DNA of 64,000 nt from the human T2T-CHM13v2.0 reference genome, Homo sapiens (GCF_009914755.1 NC_060931.1), one strand, 5' to 3'; counted from the stretch's first letter, positions 1-17,789 are shown. Program-made: numbers and translations. The notes: generated by a model not told the origin, from the sequence alone.

Positions 1-319
1 GAGGGTATATGATGTATGATATTGCGACAGATTGAATGCAGGAGCAAATACGAGAACCCAGCCATCTTCTATCATACCAGATTTGCAAAAATGTAAAACA
101 AAGTCATTCTAAATTTTACTAAGTTTTGTTTGTTTTGGAAAATATAGTTTTTTTAATCAAAATATGTTATTAGTAACGTGTAAGTTCCTTTAAATTCATA
201 TTTTAAGTATTTATCAGTTTTAATTTATAATACAATAAATATCAATGGATATAACCATATACACAAATAATTTTTGAGAGTATATAGAGATTTTGAGATC
301 GAAAAGTTTGTGGACTGCT
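1..319 (+). mobile_element. hAT-Charlie DNA transposon 3' remnant (Charlie1-like)
   Basis: GAGAACCCAGCCATCTTCTAT...GATTTGCAAAAATGTAAAACAA and terminal GAGATCGAAAAGTTTGTGGACTGCTG resemble the Charlie1 3' end as recalled. Confidence 0.6.
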
Positions 320-324
320 GCTAT

Positions 325-1620
325 AGGGTATGTACCTAAGTGTGGAAAGGTTGATTGTAGGGGTGCACAGCTTTGACTTCACCTCACATTGTCATATCTG
401 CTTTATAAAGGTGTTGCACCAGTTTGTACTGTCATCAGCAGTATGAGTCCCTGATTTTCACATTGAAGCGAACATTCAATATTGTCAGATTTCAACAAGC
501 TTTGACAGTAGGATGGATGTCAGGTAGCATCTTACTGTGAATTGAATTTGTTTTCCTCTTATTGCTAGTGACATTGAACATCTTTTCCTGTTCATTGACT
601 GTATTTGTAGTTTATTTTCTTTGAAAATTTTTTGCCATTTTTCCCATCTGGCTGATTGTGTTTTTCTTACTGATTTGTAGAAGGATTTCCCTCCTTCCCT
701 CCCGCCCTCCCTTCCTCTCTTCCTTCCTTCCTTCCTTCCTTTAATGTTCTGGCTACCAACCCTATGTTGGCAATAGTCATTGAAAAAAATCTCCCAATCT
801 TAGGTTTGTCTTTTCATTTTGTTTACAATAACTTTGAACATAATTTTTAATTTTAATGTAGGCTAATGTTAATCATTCCTTTTGCTTGTGATTTTTTTTG
901 CCTTGTTTAAGGATTTCATCACTAACCCAAATTAAAAAGGTAATCTCTTTATTTTCCTGCAAAAATTTGTAAGTCTTGAGTTTCATCTTTAAGGCTTTAA
1001 TCTATAATTTATTCTTATATATGGTATGAATTAGGGAATCTCATTTCATTATTTTAGTATGCATCATGTATTGACTCATTTTTTCCCCCACTGATTTTTA
1101 AATGTTAAATTTCCATTTATCTGTGAATGTACAAATTTCCACATACATGTGAATGTACTTCAAGCTTCTGTTCTGTTCTATTGGGTTTGCTGTCCTTTCC
1201 TCAATGCCTCTTTCCCTTAATTAATGTGACTTTAAAATGGTCTTGATATATGGTATGGTAACTCTCACTTTTTTTTTTGCTTTAAAATGATTTAATCATT
1301 TGTAGGCTTTTATTAGTCCATAAAACTTTTAGGATATGCTTCTTCAGTTTTGTAGAAAATCTTTATTGGTAGTTTTATTGGAATTGCTTGAATTTATAAA
1401 CAAAGTTGGAGATGACAGATATTTTAATGATACTGAGTCTTCCTATCCATGAACATGATATATCTCCCTTTATTCAGTCTTCCTTTCATATTCTTCAATA
1501 ATGTTTTATAATTTTCTCCATAAGGATTTTGCTATCTTTTCTTAGGTTTATTCCTATGTAACTTATCACAACTGGGATTTTTAAAATTATACATTTTAAT
1601 TTGCTGTTGCTGAGAATATA
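325..1620 (-). mobile_element. Old L1M (L1ME-like) fragment, with a (CTTC)n-type tract at ~688-741
   Basis: T-rich degenerate ORF2/3' sequence such as GAGTCTTCCTATCCATGAACATG and GGAATTGCTTGAATTTATA; boundaries approximate. Confidence 0.65.
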
Positions 1621-1639
1621 TAACAGGAACTGGTAAAGT

Positions 1640-2790
<1,151 letters not shown>

Positions 2791-3099
2791 TTTTAAAAAA
2801 AATTGGAAATGTGGACACTCTTGAAATCTTTTTTTTCCACATTTTATTGAGAAATGCCATTGCCTTCTGCTCTGATTATCTTGTGAAATCTTTCATTATT
2901 CTTGTTAGAGACTAAAACCAGGTTACATTTTCATAATTGTGGGGCATAAATGGTACTGCTTTTAATAATACTACTTGAAAAAAAGCCAAAGACTAGTCAA
3001 GCTCTAGTGTTAAAAGTCTATTTTATGTTTTTAGCCAGTACTATATATTTTAATTTATGGGTTTCAGAAACTCAATACTTGTATACATAACATTTGCTG

Positions 3100-3383
3100 T
3101 TTTTTTTTGAAACTGTGTCTCACTCTGTCACCAAGACTGGAGTGCGGTGGTACGATCTGAGCTCACTGCAACTTCTGCCTCCCAGGTTTGAGCGATTCTC
3201 ATGCCTCAGCCTCCCAAGTATCTGGGACTACAGGTGTGCACCACCATGCCTGGCTAATTTTTGTATTTTTAATAGAGACGGGTTTTACCATGTTGGCCAG
3301 GCTGAACTCCTGGCCTCATGTGATCTGCCCACCTGGGCCTCCCAAAGTGCCAGGATTACAGGCATGAGCCTCCATGCCTGGCC
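3100..3383 (-). mobile_element. Alu
   Basis: poly-T followed by reverse-complement Alu dimer ending GCCTGGCC. Confidence 0.95.
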
Positions 3384-5400
3384 AAATGATCTTTAGGTGC
3401 CACCCCTATTATATTATTTTTCATTAGCACTATTGCTTCAGCATTTTTGAACCTAATATATATTGTAGCCAGCAGTGTTCTAAGCCTTGGGGATACAGTA
3501 ATGAAGCAGACAGACAAGGAAAGACCCTGCCCTCATGGAGCTTATAATGTAGCGAAGGAGGAGACAGACAATAAACATAAAACAGGTCTCTTTTGCCAGC
3601 TCTGGAGAAAAGGAAACGGGATGATACCATGGAAAGGAACAAGAGGGGCAACTTTAAACTGGGTGTTCAGGGAAAAGCTTCCTGAGAGGGGGTTATTTGA
3701 GCTGAGACTGGAATGGCAGGAATATCTTCATTCTGGGAGTTGTATGAGGAAGGCTTTGAATATGGGTATTTTCTATAACCGTACTCTTATTAGTAGGCCA
3801 ACCTTAATCACATCCCTGATTATTCTCTCAGTTGCTCTTCATTTCAAAGTCTCCCTCCTGCCTTTTCCCATTTGTTTCTCCCAAATTACCCTTCTCTGGA
3901 GCTGTTTTGTTGTGACTTTATAGACATGTAGCAATTTGAACTCTTTGCAGCTTCCAGCTTTTCCGGTGTTCTTAGCCTAGTTTGGATTGTTTACTCTTAC
4001 AAGCAGAACATTGGTCTCCATAAATCTGCTCTTTGCATGAATCTGACCGTACAGACTTAAAAGAGACAGTTTTGTGTATGGAGAAGCAGAAAGTGAATTT
4101 ATATCGTCTTGACAGTGGCGTTTCCCACTCCTTTCTACTTAACTCTGAGCCCACATTTAAAATCCTGAAAGTATTTGGGAACGTTTTTCTTGACATTGTT
4201 ACTGCCTCAAATCTCTGTGTAGTTTTATAAAAACTTAGTCATTTTAGGATTTTTCTAGCTGAAACTGTATTTTTCTCTCTTTTTCTAAGAGGGCATTGTT
4301 GGTAAAATCCTCATGAATTAAGAACTGGAGACTCATGTTCATTCACAAGCAAAAATATGTTTTTTTCTAATTTAATCATTCTATTACTTTCATGTTCTAA
4401 AGTGTCAGTTATATTTTGAGGAATTCGGTTAGTAAATATAAAGAAAGTCTTTGAAGTTGGCACTTTGTAAAAGCAGAAGGAGCATCGATATTTCGTCTTA
4501 CTCTGCCCCACCTCCAGCCGTAATCCACGTGTCTGAGTGGGTTGGACACCTGATCTCTGTGCTTCTTTGCTGTATAATCAAAAAGGAAGAAGAAAAGTGG
4601 GCTCCCAAGTGCTGGCTTCTCAAACAGCTCCCGTTATGTCTCATAAGAAGTGCCTTGAGGTACATGGTTCATAATCTGTGTCTCCTTGAGACCAAGACCA
4701 TGAAGCCTTGGAGGGTACCCGCCAACTATTATTCTGTCCTTGTACCTTTGAGCCCCTTCACAGGCTGAATCTCAACAAATTCCTAGGCACTGTGTATCTA
4801 GAAATACATAGTATTTCAAGGGCTTACAAGACAGTGATGAGTAAAGTATCTCTGAGTATTAATAATTGTGGTCAAGGTTCAGTACCTTTTAACAAAAATG
4901 TAGAAAATAAGTGGTCCTTTTCAATACCAGAAATTATGTATGTATTAAAAGTTTGCAAGTTGTGTGTGTTAGGTTAATCAGAAAAATTTTCAAGTTTTGT
5001 TGTTTATTTGCCTGTTTGCTGTTGACCTTTTAAAAAAGTTAATTATTCCTTGGTTCAAGGGTGAGCCTTACTTCACTTTAATTTTTGAAGCACAGGCATA
5101 AGAGAAATTCATTTATTCTGCACTAAATATTTACTCTGTCAAAAATAATTATCTTACATGGTTTCAATTTACACAGTTTCTAGAATATTTTATTTAGACA
5201 GTTAACAGATTCAGAAAGTGTTTGTTGCTAGAAAAGGTGATTAATGGGCGGATAAGGATGCTAAAATTATTCAGCTGAATCCAAGATTATTGTGTATATT
5301 TCACTTAGGGTATACGAACACTTTTCTGCAAAAGGCTAATTTAACTAACACAGCTCCAGTGTAGATAGGGTAGTTTGTTTTTTATTTTTGTTTGCTCGGG

Positions 5401-5404
5401 GTGT

Positions 5405-5454
<50 letters not shown>
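5401..5454. repeat. (TG)n microsatellite
   Basis: About 27 TG units with one interruption. Confidence 0.98.
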
Positions 5455-5456
<2 letters not shown>

Positions 5457-6376
5457 ATGACTGCAGATCACAGCTCAGGGCTCTTGTTTCTTTAACTTGG
5501 AGTTTCCCTCCCAGGAGTATGCTCAGAGATGCAAACTGTGTGTACTGCTATCAACCTTTTAGTTTCATAGATTATCTTAGGTTTTTTAGTCTTCTACTGG
5601 ATTTCTCTTTCACCTGCGGTATTTCTAAATTAGGTAGCTACTTGCAGGGTGTAAGTCTTTGAAGCCATTGTATTTGAAAATACAACTAGACTTAATAAGC
5701 TCTTCAAGGGCAGGGACTCTCTTACAATTCCAGTGCCCAGCATCCACACTCAATACAGCAACAAAATTAATGGGGAGAGGGAGACTTGCTCTGTTTCCTT
5801 GCAGAGTTTATTGATGCATTCTGCAGGTATTTACTCAGCACCTTTATCTGCCAGGCACTGTGATAGGCATTGGGCATGAAGAGGTGAGCAGATAAGCAGT
5901 TCCTGCTGGCCTGGTGCAGAACTCCGTCCAGCAGGTATGGGAGGCTGTTTTCACTGCTGAGATAGAGACTTCTTCGGTTTATCCAAAGTAATGGAGGATT
6001 TTTCTTGTAAGGACACGGAAGGATTAAAGAAGACTTGAATCAGTTACACTTCTGGGTCTCTTGGGAGCGTAGGAACTAAACGAATCTAGTGGAATATAGT
6101 TTGGCAACAGAAGATATCTCTGGTTATACAAGCACGAAGATATTCATAGGAACATAGGACTCAGTGTTCCACTGCAGTAGTGTTGGGGAGAAAGTCAAAC
6201 CTTATATAAATATTTTTGTCTTTTTTCCTTGGGGATTCACTAAGATCTTAGGTTATATTCTCTTAAAAATGCTAGGATTTTACTCTGTTCTTAAATCATA
6301 TTGTTTGTTTCTCCAGGCATACAATATGTTTCCTATTTTTTCGTTCTATCCTAGTCTCTAGTTTTCTCTCTATGTG

Positions 6377-6378
<2 letters not shown>

Positions 6379-6410
<32 letters not shown>
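6379..6410. repeat. (TG)n microsatellite
   Basis: About 16 GT units. Confidence 0.98.
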
Positions 6411-6412
<2 letters not shown>

Positions 6413-6648
6413 TCACCAAATATCCACAGAATAAGAAAATCTAAAGGTAAAAACCAAAAGTCTGAGAAAATTTAATTTGACTTGTCACATTTTAAGATAC
6501 CTTCATCTGTTAACATTTTTTGGGAATTTGTATTGCTGTGTATTTTTTATATTTAAAAAGTGGTAATATTAGTTTACACTAAATAAGCGTCAGTCTCTTA
6601 CATTTGAATAGGAATTTATAGTTGACAGGTACATCCAAAGATGTTTAG

Positions 6649-6952
<304 letters not shown>

Positions 6953-8984
6953 AGGTTTTTTTCTTCAGAAAAACCCCCTGAAAGAAGGAGGGCAGATTTT
7001 ACTCTCCATATATCACAAGTTGAAAATTTAAGTCAAGGTTACATGGTTCATCTACGCCATCAGAAGGCAATGTGGCCAGTATTAGAGCCCAAGGCTCCTG
7101 TCTGCCACTTGGGTGGTCTGTCCATGCCCCATGCTTCACCCCCTCCCTGCCAGTGATGTGGAAGGTCGGGATGTTGGCGGTGCCCATCGTCACCTTCCTG
7201 CTCCCCTTCCCTGACTTACTTTCCTGAGAGAGAGGACCAGGCATAGCTTGGCCAGATGCACATTTCTTTATTTCCAGCAAGGCCTCCACCCTGAATCCCA
7301 GCCTTCTTCTCTATTTTGGTAATTAGACTAAAAAGCTTAGAAAAATGATGAAGGTGACCGTTAACTTGCTGAAAGTTTGTACAGGAAACATTTGTGTTTC
7401 ATCCCTGCAAGTGGAAATGGAGGGATATGGGCATGAGAGATTGGATTTTTGGTGATTGTTCTCAAAACCCAGTATTTACCTTAATTACTGCATACCACTT
7501 GCTTGGTGCACCCATCTTCTTAACTGTCCAATCCTATGCCCCATTTACTGTCAGAAAATGAAAATCATAGACTTACAACCTGTCTACTCACGATTTAGAA
7601 ATTGATAGAATGTCTAGCAAAAATATCAAGGAGAAATAAATTAAAATAATTTATAGCAAGTAAAATGTATTTCAGTAGGTATGTGTTTCAGCATGTACTC
7701 AAGAAGACAGTGTAGTTAGATTGTCCCACCTAGATGTGGAGGCTCTATGAATATAAAAGCTGCAAACGGAGTCTGATCAAAAAGCATTGTACTAGGAATC
7801 CAAATACCATAAGGAGCATTGTAGTAGTCGCATGGTTTTCTGAAATGATGAACATCTATTAGTAAAATTCCAAACAAAGCAAGAAACAAAACCCAAATTT
7901 GATGTTGTCATTGTGTTGTAGAAAATTTGATGTATATTAAAACTGCATAAATGAATCAAGTGTATATAAAGAGCTGTATTAGGATTTAGGCCCAGATGGT
8001 TATAAATGGACTTTTTTTTGCCAATGTGAATGCCCAGTGGGATGTTTTAAAAGTTATGCAGGACAAAAGTTGAAGGTTGCAGGACAGTTCTTTGTTGTGC
8101 AGGATTGTTGTGGAGTTTGCCTGACAAAAGCCAAGGAAGGGTGTCCTCTGAATTACCGTGACAATCAAAATTGCCCCCACAAATTTAGAAAACATCTTCT
8201 AGATAGCGATGCCACCTTTGTGGAAAACCTTTACCTTAAACACTTCAGAAAGACACAGAAACCTAAGGACCCCAGGAAAACAAAGACTTCCCGACCTTTT
8301 AAACCAGGAGCTCATAGTCCTGTGGCTTCATCGTCTAAAGAGGCTGGAGGGGGCAGGGGGGCAGAGAATGTCTACTATATTTTTGCCCCAAGGCTGGGAG
8401 AAGTTTTTAACCTTCATCTTGCCTATATCTGCTTGCACTCTCCGTTCTGCATTCCTGTGGTTGCATTTTTTTGCATTTTGTTTCCATTCACTGTCCTTGT
8501 AGCTTGCTGGGGTGGCACTCTTTAGACTAACTTTAATAGTTGCAAAAAAGGGGTTTGAAAACTGATGGGCCTTTGTGTGTATGTGTAGTAAAATATATAT
8601 AACACAATTTATCTGATGCAAGTTTTTAATAAGTAATTTGTGACTGTGCAAGTATATGACTAAAGTATTGTGGTATATAAATAGTAAATATTGTATGTCT
8701 TTCAGTCACTTTGGAGGATATAATTTTGTTATAAATGATAATATCTTGATAATTGGGTTTATGAATTATTTCACAAAGTTAATCTTTAATCATAATGAAG
8801 ATCATGAAGGAAGATAATATTCACCTCTTATTGTATGATTTCAGGAATCTGTATTTTCACTTTCTGTTCTCTCTGAGGCAGCGTTTTGATGCAAGATACT
8901 CGTAAATTCAGATTCTCCAGCTGTGATGAAGAGTGACTGTGTGATCTAAAACAAATTAATAATTTTCTCTGAGACTTACTGTAA

Positions 8985-9312
<328 letters not shown>

Positions 9313-10357
9313 GAAGGTGCTGATATTTGATAGCATGATTGTAAGGATTAATGCACTACACATCTGACATAGTTTTATTATAGTACTTGTTCCTGTGCAT
9401 ACATATTTTTCATGCAGTGCAATCATACTGCTGATAAAAATTTTGTCTTCTCTTTTTACTTGACCTAGTGTTTCCATAGTGTAAACAAATTTCATAATTA
9501 CTCTTCTAAAAGTATTGAAGTAGACTCATGACATTCTGTTACCAAAATACTGCATAGTACATTGTGTCCTTTCTTTATATAACATGAGCCAGAAATGTAC
9601 CTGCTTCTCTTGAGAAAGGCATGTTTTTAAAAACCTCAGTTCTTGAGATAACGATGTCATCAAAACCAAGAAGATACAGAGCTGAGTTGAGTCGGAGGAG
9701 TGGGCAGATGGTAGGCTTGCCAGCTGAGTGGTGCGCACACCAGGATGAGATTGCAGCTTTCAGTGGACAGATTTGCGTGTTATGGACATTTGGATTGCAC
9801 AAAAACTGTCAGAACTATAAATCTGAGACTTTCAAGGATATACTATCCTTCAGCTAAAGATGATTTCAACATACATGAGCAATTTCTGTTCTGTTTTCTA
9901 ATTTTATCATTTAAGAAATGATGCTGCTGAATAGATTTATTCATACATTGCTCTTTCCTTCACTAGTAGTACTTCTTTAGGTTAAATCTCTAGTAGATTT
10001 ACCCTATTAAGTGACACAAGTCTTTTATAGTACTTGATGTAATTGCCAAATTGTTGTTTAAAGGTATTGTATTGCTTTATATGGTTCCCAGTTAAGTAGT
10101 TTTAGCTGTCTGTAACTAGGGATTTTTCTTTTAATTTAAAGTGCTAATTTAATAGGTAAAATACTGATTTCAATTTATATTTATTTGATTATTAATGAAT
10201 TTCAGCATTTAATTTTTGTATATTCATGGTATTTCCTCTTATTTATTCATCTTTTTCTTTAGTTAAATTATAAGATGGTTTACCAATTTGAGCCTTTTCA
10301 GGGTTTTGGGAAAATTAGACTTTTAATCTAATCATATTATTCTGCTTTTTCTTTTAG

Positions 10358-10393
10358 CTCCAGTAATAAACCGATTCACAAGGCGTGCCTCAG
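10358..10393 (+). CDS. PRKAR2B: PRKAR2B coding exon (exon 2), 36 nt, phase 1-1; encodes (A)PVINRFTRRAS(V), the PKA inhibitory site including the autophosphorylated Ser (Ser114 in human numbering)
   Basis: Acceptor TTTTTCTTTTAG|CTCC and donor CAG|GTAAGT; translation matches the recalled RII-beta linker and joins in frame to the exon at 62018. Confidence 0.95.
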
Positions 10394-11860
10394 GTAAGTC
10401 TGATTATATTATGGATTTTGTTTATTAATGGTGACATTTAAAAAATGATAATATTGGACAAGAAGGTACAAAGAATAATTGCTGTATAGTAAACCTTTAT
10501 TTGTCAGTTATTTTTCCCAGAAAACACAACTATCTGATATAATCACTATCTAGGAAGCAATTGAAAATGCCCTACCTAGGAAGCAATTTCAAATGCAATT
10601 GAAAATGTGAGTGGCTACACTGAAAGTCACACTGTGTACTAAACTGGTGGGCCTTTTTAAATGGAGACTCTCAGCCCAGGGTGTTATTCTTGCTCTTGAT
10701 AGAATTACGATCTGTATGGTTGTCTGATTTACCAGCCATAATCTAGAAACAGTGATTTAGCAGATGGGTAAAGGACACCTTAGAAACAGTGATAATTGAG
10801 TGAGTGTTTTTTTGTTTGTTTGTTTGTTTGTTTTCATAAGAGGGTTTTTAATAAGGGACAGGAGAACTCTTAAAATGCAGGTATAAGAACTTGTCATTAT
10901 GGGACCATTTAGAATAGGAGCAAATTGCTTTACATTTGTTTGTGCCCCTGAGGCTATTGCTGGTTTAAATATACTACAGTACCCTAATGTAGTCAGCATG
11001 ATAGGCCTTAGCCATTAACAAGGGCGTACATTAACTTCAATATACTGTGTACTATTTAAACTGCTGGGGAAGTATGAGACAGAATTAAGAGCATTTCTGT
11101 CCAAAATGGCTTAAGTTAAATGATTTTGGGCATTGAGATAAACTATTATTTAGAAAATTCACCATATGGCTTATCTTCTCTGTGTAAGAGGACAAATGAA
11201 GTGAGGGTAATATTTGATTTGAGAAAATTACTCTTTAAGTATACCTGGAAATTTTTTGTTAAACCCAAGATAAACATTTCACACAGATCATCTTTGGAGT
11301 TGATATAATACAAATGGGTCATTTATTTCACAAAATTACCTTATTTCCACCTGTGCTATAATATTAAAGACATTTTAATGTTGAATTTTATTTTTGATTT
11401 GTCAGCAGTTACTGGTATAATTTACTCTTGTTATGTAGTGACCAGGTCTATAAGGATAATATGCTATATTGGAATAACATCTACTTTATCATTCTGAGCT
11501 TTTTGTAATCTCAAGGCGTGTTTATTTTAAATGGTGAAAACAAGTGTAGATTGTAATGCCTTTTGTGGAATGAGACATTATGTTTATGTCAGTAAGGCGT
11601 CGAATTTTATCCCAAAGAACTATCAAGTGTGATCATATTCTAGTGTAGTAGTCCTTTATGAGCAGTGGTGGGAATAGGGGAGGAAGAAGAGAGAATCAGT
11701 ATTGTGATGCCTTGTCTTCATGAGGTGAAATTCTTTCAATAGAAACACAGTTAAGAGTCATAGAATAAATAATCACCATTTCTACCTCAAACCGTATGAC
11801 ATGTGACATTTATTTCTGGGCACGTTCCATTAGTATTTGTTGTACATTATACGTATCATT

Positions 11861-12253
<393 letters not shown>

Positions 12254-13817
12254 TTATTCCCAGAATGACAGGTAATAAGAAATGTCAGTGAAAACAACAG
12301 GAAACAGTTTGGTATAAATAAGATGATACCAAGTTCAGGAGTCACGCTGTATACAGCAGTAAGCCTTAAAAGGAGTAAAATTGTTATCCCAATAATATAA
12401 TATGCTGGAAACCATCAGGAGAATGAATCTTGACATTAATTATAAGAAAGAAAAGAGAACTAATTTATGGAGTACCACTGATGGATCAGGCACTGTGCTA
12501 AGCATTTTATATACATTTTTAGTCTTTCAGGCAAGGCAAATAAAATTATTTAATACTTTGAATAAAAAATGTGGTATAAGAAAAAAGGGAAGAGGATTTA
12601 TTTAATCATCTACTTCTCTGTATTTTATTTGAGACTTTCTTAATTCTTATAAAAGTTTGTGTAAAATGTTTTTGACAAAGAATATAGAAACAGTCTTAAG
12701 ACATCCTGAGGAGGAAATGCTACAGTTTTTTTGTTAATTTAATTTAGTGCTAACATGAAGTTTAGTAATAGAGATGTACATTAACTTTTTTAAAAAGTAA
12801 CATTTCCTGAAAATAAAAAAGAAATGATTATTTTCTCAAAATGCAGTCAATTGTATTTGATAATTAAAAAGATTTCTTATGATACCTTTTCTGATTGAGT
12901 TTTCAGAGATACTTTTTCTTTTCATAACCCATAAAACTTTAATGTAAGAATGGTAATTTAGGGGAAGAAAGTAAGTCAGGTAAAATCAACTGGAAGTCTG
13001 TACGACGTAAGAGTTTGTTTTTTATTCATCTGTTTTTAAATTAAAGTTACAACAGTAAATGCTATATGTATATATTACAACAATAAATACAAAATGTGTA
13101 GTGCTAGGTGTTCTATCATTGTTGATTGAAAAGAAAAAATTACTATGAATTATAATTAATAACTCATTAACTGACTTTCCTAAATCTTTTGAATTTTTGG
13201 CTTTTGATATTCATACTGCATCTATCAAACATAAATATTTCAAACCTGAATAATTTAAACAAAACATTTCCCCTTTGGATACCTTTTTCTTTTGTTATGA
13301 AGGTGAGAGGAATATTTATGCTTAACAAATACATTCTTTAGGATTATTTTTACACTTTTAAGAACACTATTTGTGCTATAGTCTCTCGTCTTCCTCATGT
13401 GTTCAGTGCTGGCCCACAAACGTGTCAGTTTTTATTTTTGTAAGTGAAAGGAATCAGTTTCACTCATTATTTTCAAACAGAATTCCTAGCATCTTAAGAG
13501 TTTATAGAGGCTTCAGGGTTGTATAAGCCAGCATCCTACTTGGTACAGGAGTGGAAGGCATGTAGAAAGCATGACTAACGAAGAGAAGCGTAGATGGGCA
13601 CCAGAAGAATAGGACCCAATTTTACTGATTAGATTGGATGAGTTCCACAAAACATGATGAAAAACTGTCAGATGTCTTCTGAAATCCAGATATATCTCTG
13701 ATAGCATCCTGACAGCACCCCATAACCTTATTTTTAAACAGTACCTCATGGTCCCATTTTTAAACAAAAGAAAAAGAAATACTGCTTTTGATCTCTTAAA
13801 ATGCTCTTCAGCTCTTA

Positions 13818-14479
<662 letters not shown>

Positions 14480-14592
14480 ACATAATCCATTTTACAATAT
14501 GGGCTTTTTGTTTTTTGGAAGATTATTCTTTTTGGTGGAAAATGGAAATAATATATCATTTGTTGTTGTGAGTATTAAAAATTAGTGGTGGT

Positions 14593-14900
<308 letters not shown>

Positions 14901-15183
14901 TTTAGTGGTGGTAGTAGTAGTAGCAGCTCAGTAAATATTTTAAGAGTAAACCTTTAATCAAGAAATAATCCTGTTGCTTCACTGTTCACCTAATATATAG
15001 AAAAGATCCTAGGGTTTGAAGTTGTACTGACTAGAGTTTTCCCATTTTCTCTGTGAATTTGTATGTAAGTTGTTTACTTCTTTGAGTTTAATTTTATTTA
15101 TTTTCTTTTCTTTCAGCTTGGGATCTTAATAGCTATATTCAAGCTTGTGAGGGTTAAATTGGATGATTTTTATTATTTTTAAA

Positions 15184-15475
<292 letters not shown>

Positions 15476-15477
15476 AA

Positions 15478-15757
15478 TTTTTTTTTTTTTTTTAAGACAG
15501 GATTTCACTCTGTCACCCAGGCTGTAGTGCAGTGGCATGATCTTGGCTCACTGCAGCCTCCACCTTCCAGGTTGAAGTGATCCTTCCACCTCACCCTCCC
15601 TAGTAACTGGGAGAACAGGTGTGCACCACAATGCCTAGCTAATTTTTGTATGTTTTATAGAGACAGGGTTTCGCCATGTTGCCCAGGCTCATCTTGAACT
15701 CTCGAGCTCTAGGGATCCACCTGCCTCAGCCTCCCAAAGTGCTGTGATTATAGGTGT
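15478..15757 (-). mobile_element. Alu (AluJ-like), slightly 5'-truncated
   Basis: CTGCAGCCTCCACC...GTGATCCTTCCACCTCA AluJ-type right arm; outer TSD TTGGATGA at ~15159 and ~15757. Confidence 0.88.
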
Positions 15758-17789
15758 TGGATGAGTTTAAGGAAGCCCCCAGCAGAGAGTCTAGGCTTTT
15801 CAAAACGTTCGCTCTCAGCCTTCTTCTTATGAACGTGGTTTAAAACAAAGCCATAAACCCCTCAGCTTTTTGCCTTAGCCTGTCAGAATAAAGCCTTAGA
15901 GAGTCATAATACTGTTTGATAGTAATCCTTTAATATGGGCATCTTTTTATTGTTTATACATTATAGGTTTTCTAAAAAATTGTAATGGTTTTCCTCTGTG
16001 GTTTTGTCTCTGAATTGGGGAGGGGCTAGAAATGTCCAGTTAATCTTAAGACAGTGCCTTGCATCATGAAGTTGGAACTCTGAATTTTTTTTTTAATCCT
16101 AAGATACTGTTTTGAAAAAGTTACCCTTCTAGAACAGTTTAAAGAGTTCAGTGAGCGCCTTTATCTAGGCTCCCCAGATGTTGATATTTTGCCACATTTG
16201 CATGCTCTCTCCTCTCCATCTTTACACAGACACACACTCTTTTTTATTGAAACTTTTAGGAATCTTAAATACTTCAGCCTGTATCTCCTAAGAAAAAGGG
16301 CATTCTTCTAGGTAATATAACACTGAAGGAATTTAACATCGATACGATACTATTATCTCATACAGAGTTTAGAGTCAGATTTCCTCCATTGTCCTATCAT
16401 GTTTTTTTCTCTCTCTCTTTTAAATTCAAGCTAATTCAAGGATTTTTTATTGCATTTAATTGTCATGACTCAGTTTTTCTTGCCTTTCATAAATTGACTC
16501 CCTGAAGTTTTTGAAATTTGCTTTTTCAGAGTTTTGAAGGTTATTCCTAACCATAAGACAGTTCCCTATACCGCCTGTTATGCATTCATAGATGGCATTA
16601 GCACAGCTGCTGTTTGTTCAGTATGCCCCACCGACGTCCATGAAATCTTTGCATTGACATTTACTATTGCTTTCAAGGACTACTTGAAAGCAATTACTTG
16701 TTCTAATAAGTAATTATTTCTTATAATAGAAGGATTTTCTTTTCTCATGTAGTTAACCACTCTTTAATTTTTTGCCATAGTATGAACATATAATTTTGTG
16801 GTATATTTTTAACAGAACTAAAATTTTATAATTTTCTGTAAACTATGATGTAGAATAATTCACAGGTGAAATTAATCTTTAAATTTCAATCTCACACACC
16901 TACTGTGTAAAATGTGATATTACAAATCTCAGTGAAATCACCCTGAACAGAAATGATTATTCCCCAAGAAATTAGTGAAATAGCAGAAGTTCACATCTTG
17001 TCTTGAATCTGATTCAAGGAACATATGCTTCCTTGATTCACGGAACATATGCTTCCTTTTGTTTTGTTTGGGAAATATCTTGTAGCCTTGGTGTTCATTG
17101 TTTCTACTTTAAGGTTATTTGACGATAACAGCTTTTAACCCCCAAACTATTTTTTTCCAGAGGTCATTTCTATATTGTCAAACCAATTTGCTGGTATAAT
17201 TATAGTTACATTCATATTTTGTTTTTTGAAATTAGCTTCATTTTTAGTAAGCCTGTTAATCACCAATACTTGGGAATACATATTGGGAGAATACTACTTT
17301 AATTAATATACTAGTTTATTCAGCAAACATTTACCGAGTCCCTCTTGTGTGTCAGGTACAGTGCTGGGGATGCCACGAATAATAAGATACAGTTCTTACG
17401 AAGTGCGCAGTCTAGCAGGGAAGCTGATGATGACTCATAGTGTAGTAAATGCCGTAATATCCTCAAAGTGAAAAGGAGAAAACATACAGTTTTTCCAGGG
17501 CCTGCCTCACAGGAAGGGTACTATTTGTGCTGTCTTTAAGGTTTATAACATAGGTTTTACGAGGACTATAAGGAGAGAGACTATTCTAGGTATTTCTATT
17601 CAGTATTACTGTAAAAAGTCCATTTTCACCATATGTTGCTATGCAGTTTGCCTCTGCCATCAAGCACCTATGGCATGGAGTGAGCAGATGCCCACTGGCT
17701 ATGGATAGCAGGGACTTAAGGCCAGGAGTTATTTCATCCTTTAATTTACCATTGCTTCAAAATGTTAACATCTGCCTTACCAGGAGAGG

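Noticed and set aside
8037-8525. 162-aa plus-strand ORF in largely non-Alu sequence
   Set aside because: No recognisable domain, non-ATG start, partly overlaps what looks like a decayed DNA-transposon fragment, and does not fit the PRKAR2B protein
17010-17057. 24-nt tandem duplication TGATTCA(A/C)GGAACATATGCTTCCT
   Set aside because: Two copies with no spacer; ordinary slippage duplication, not CRISPR-like
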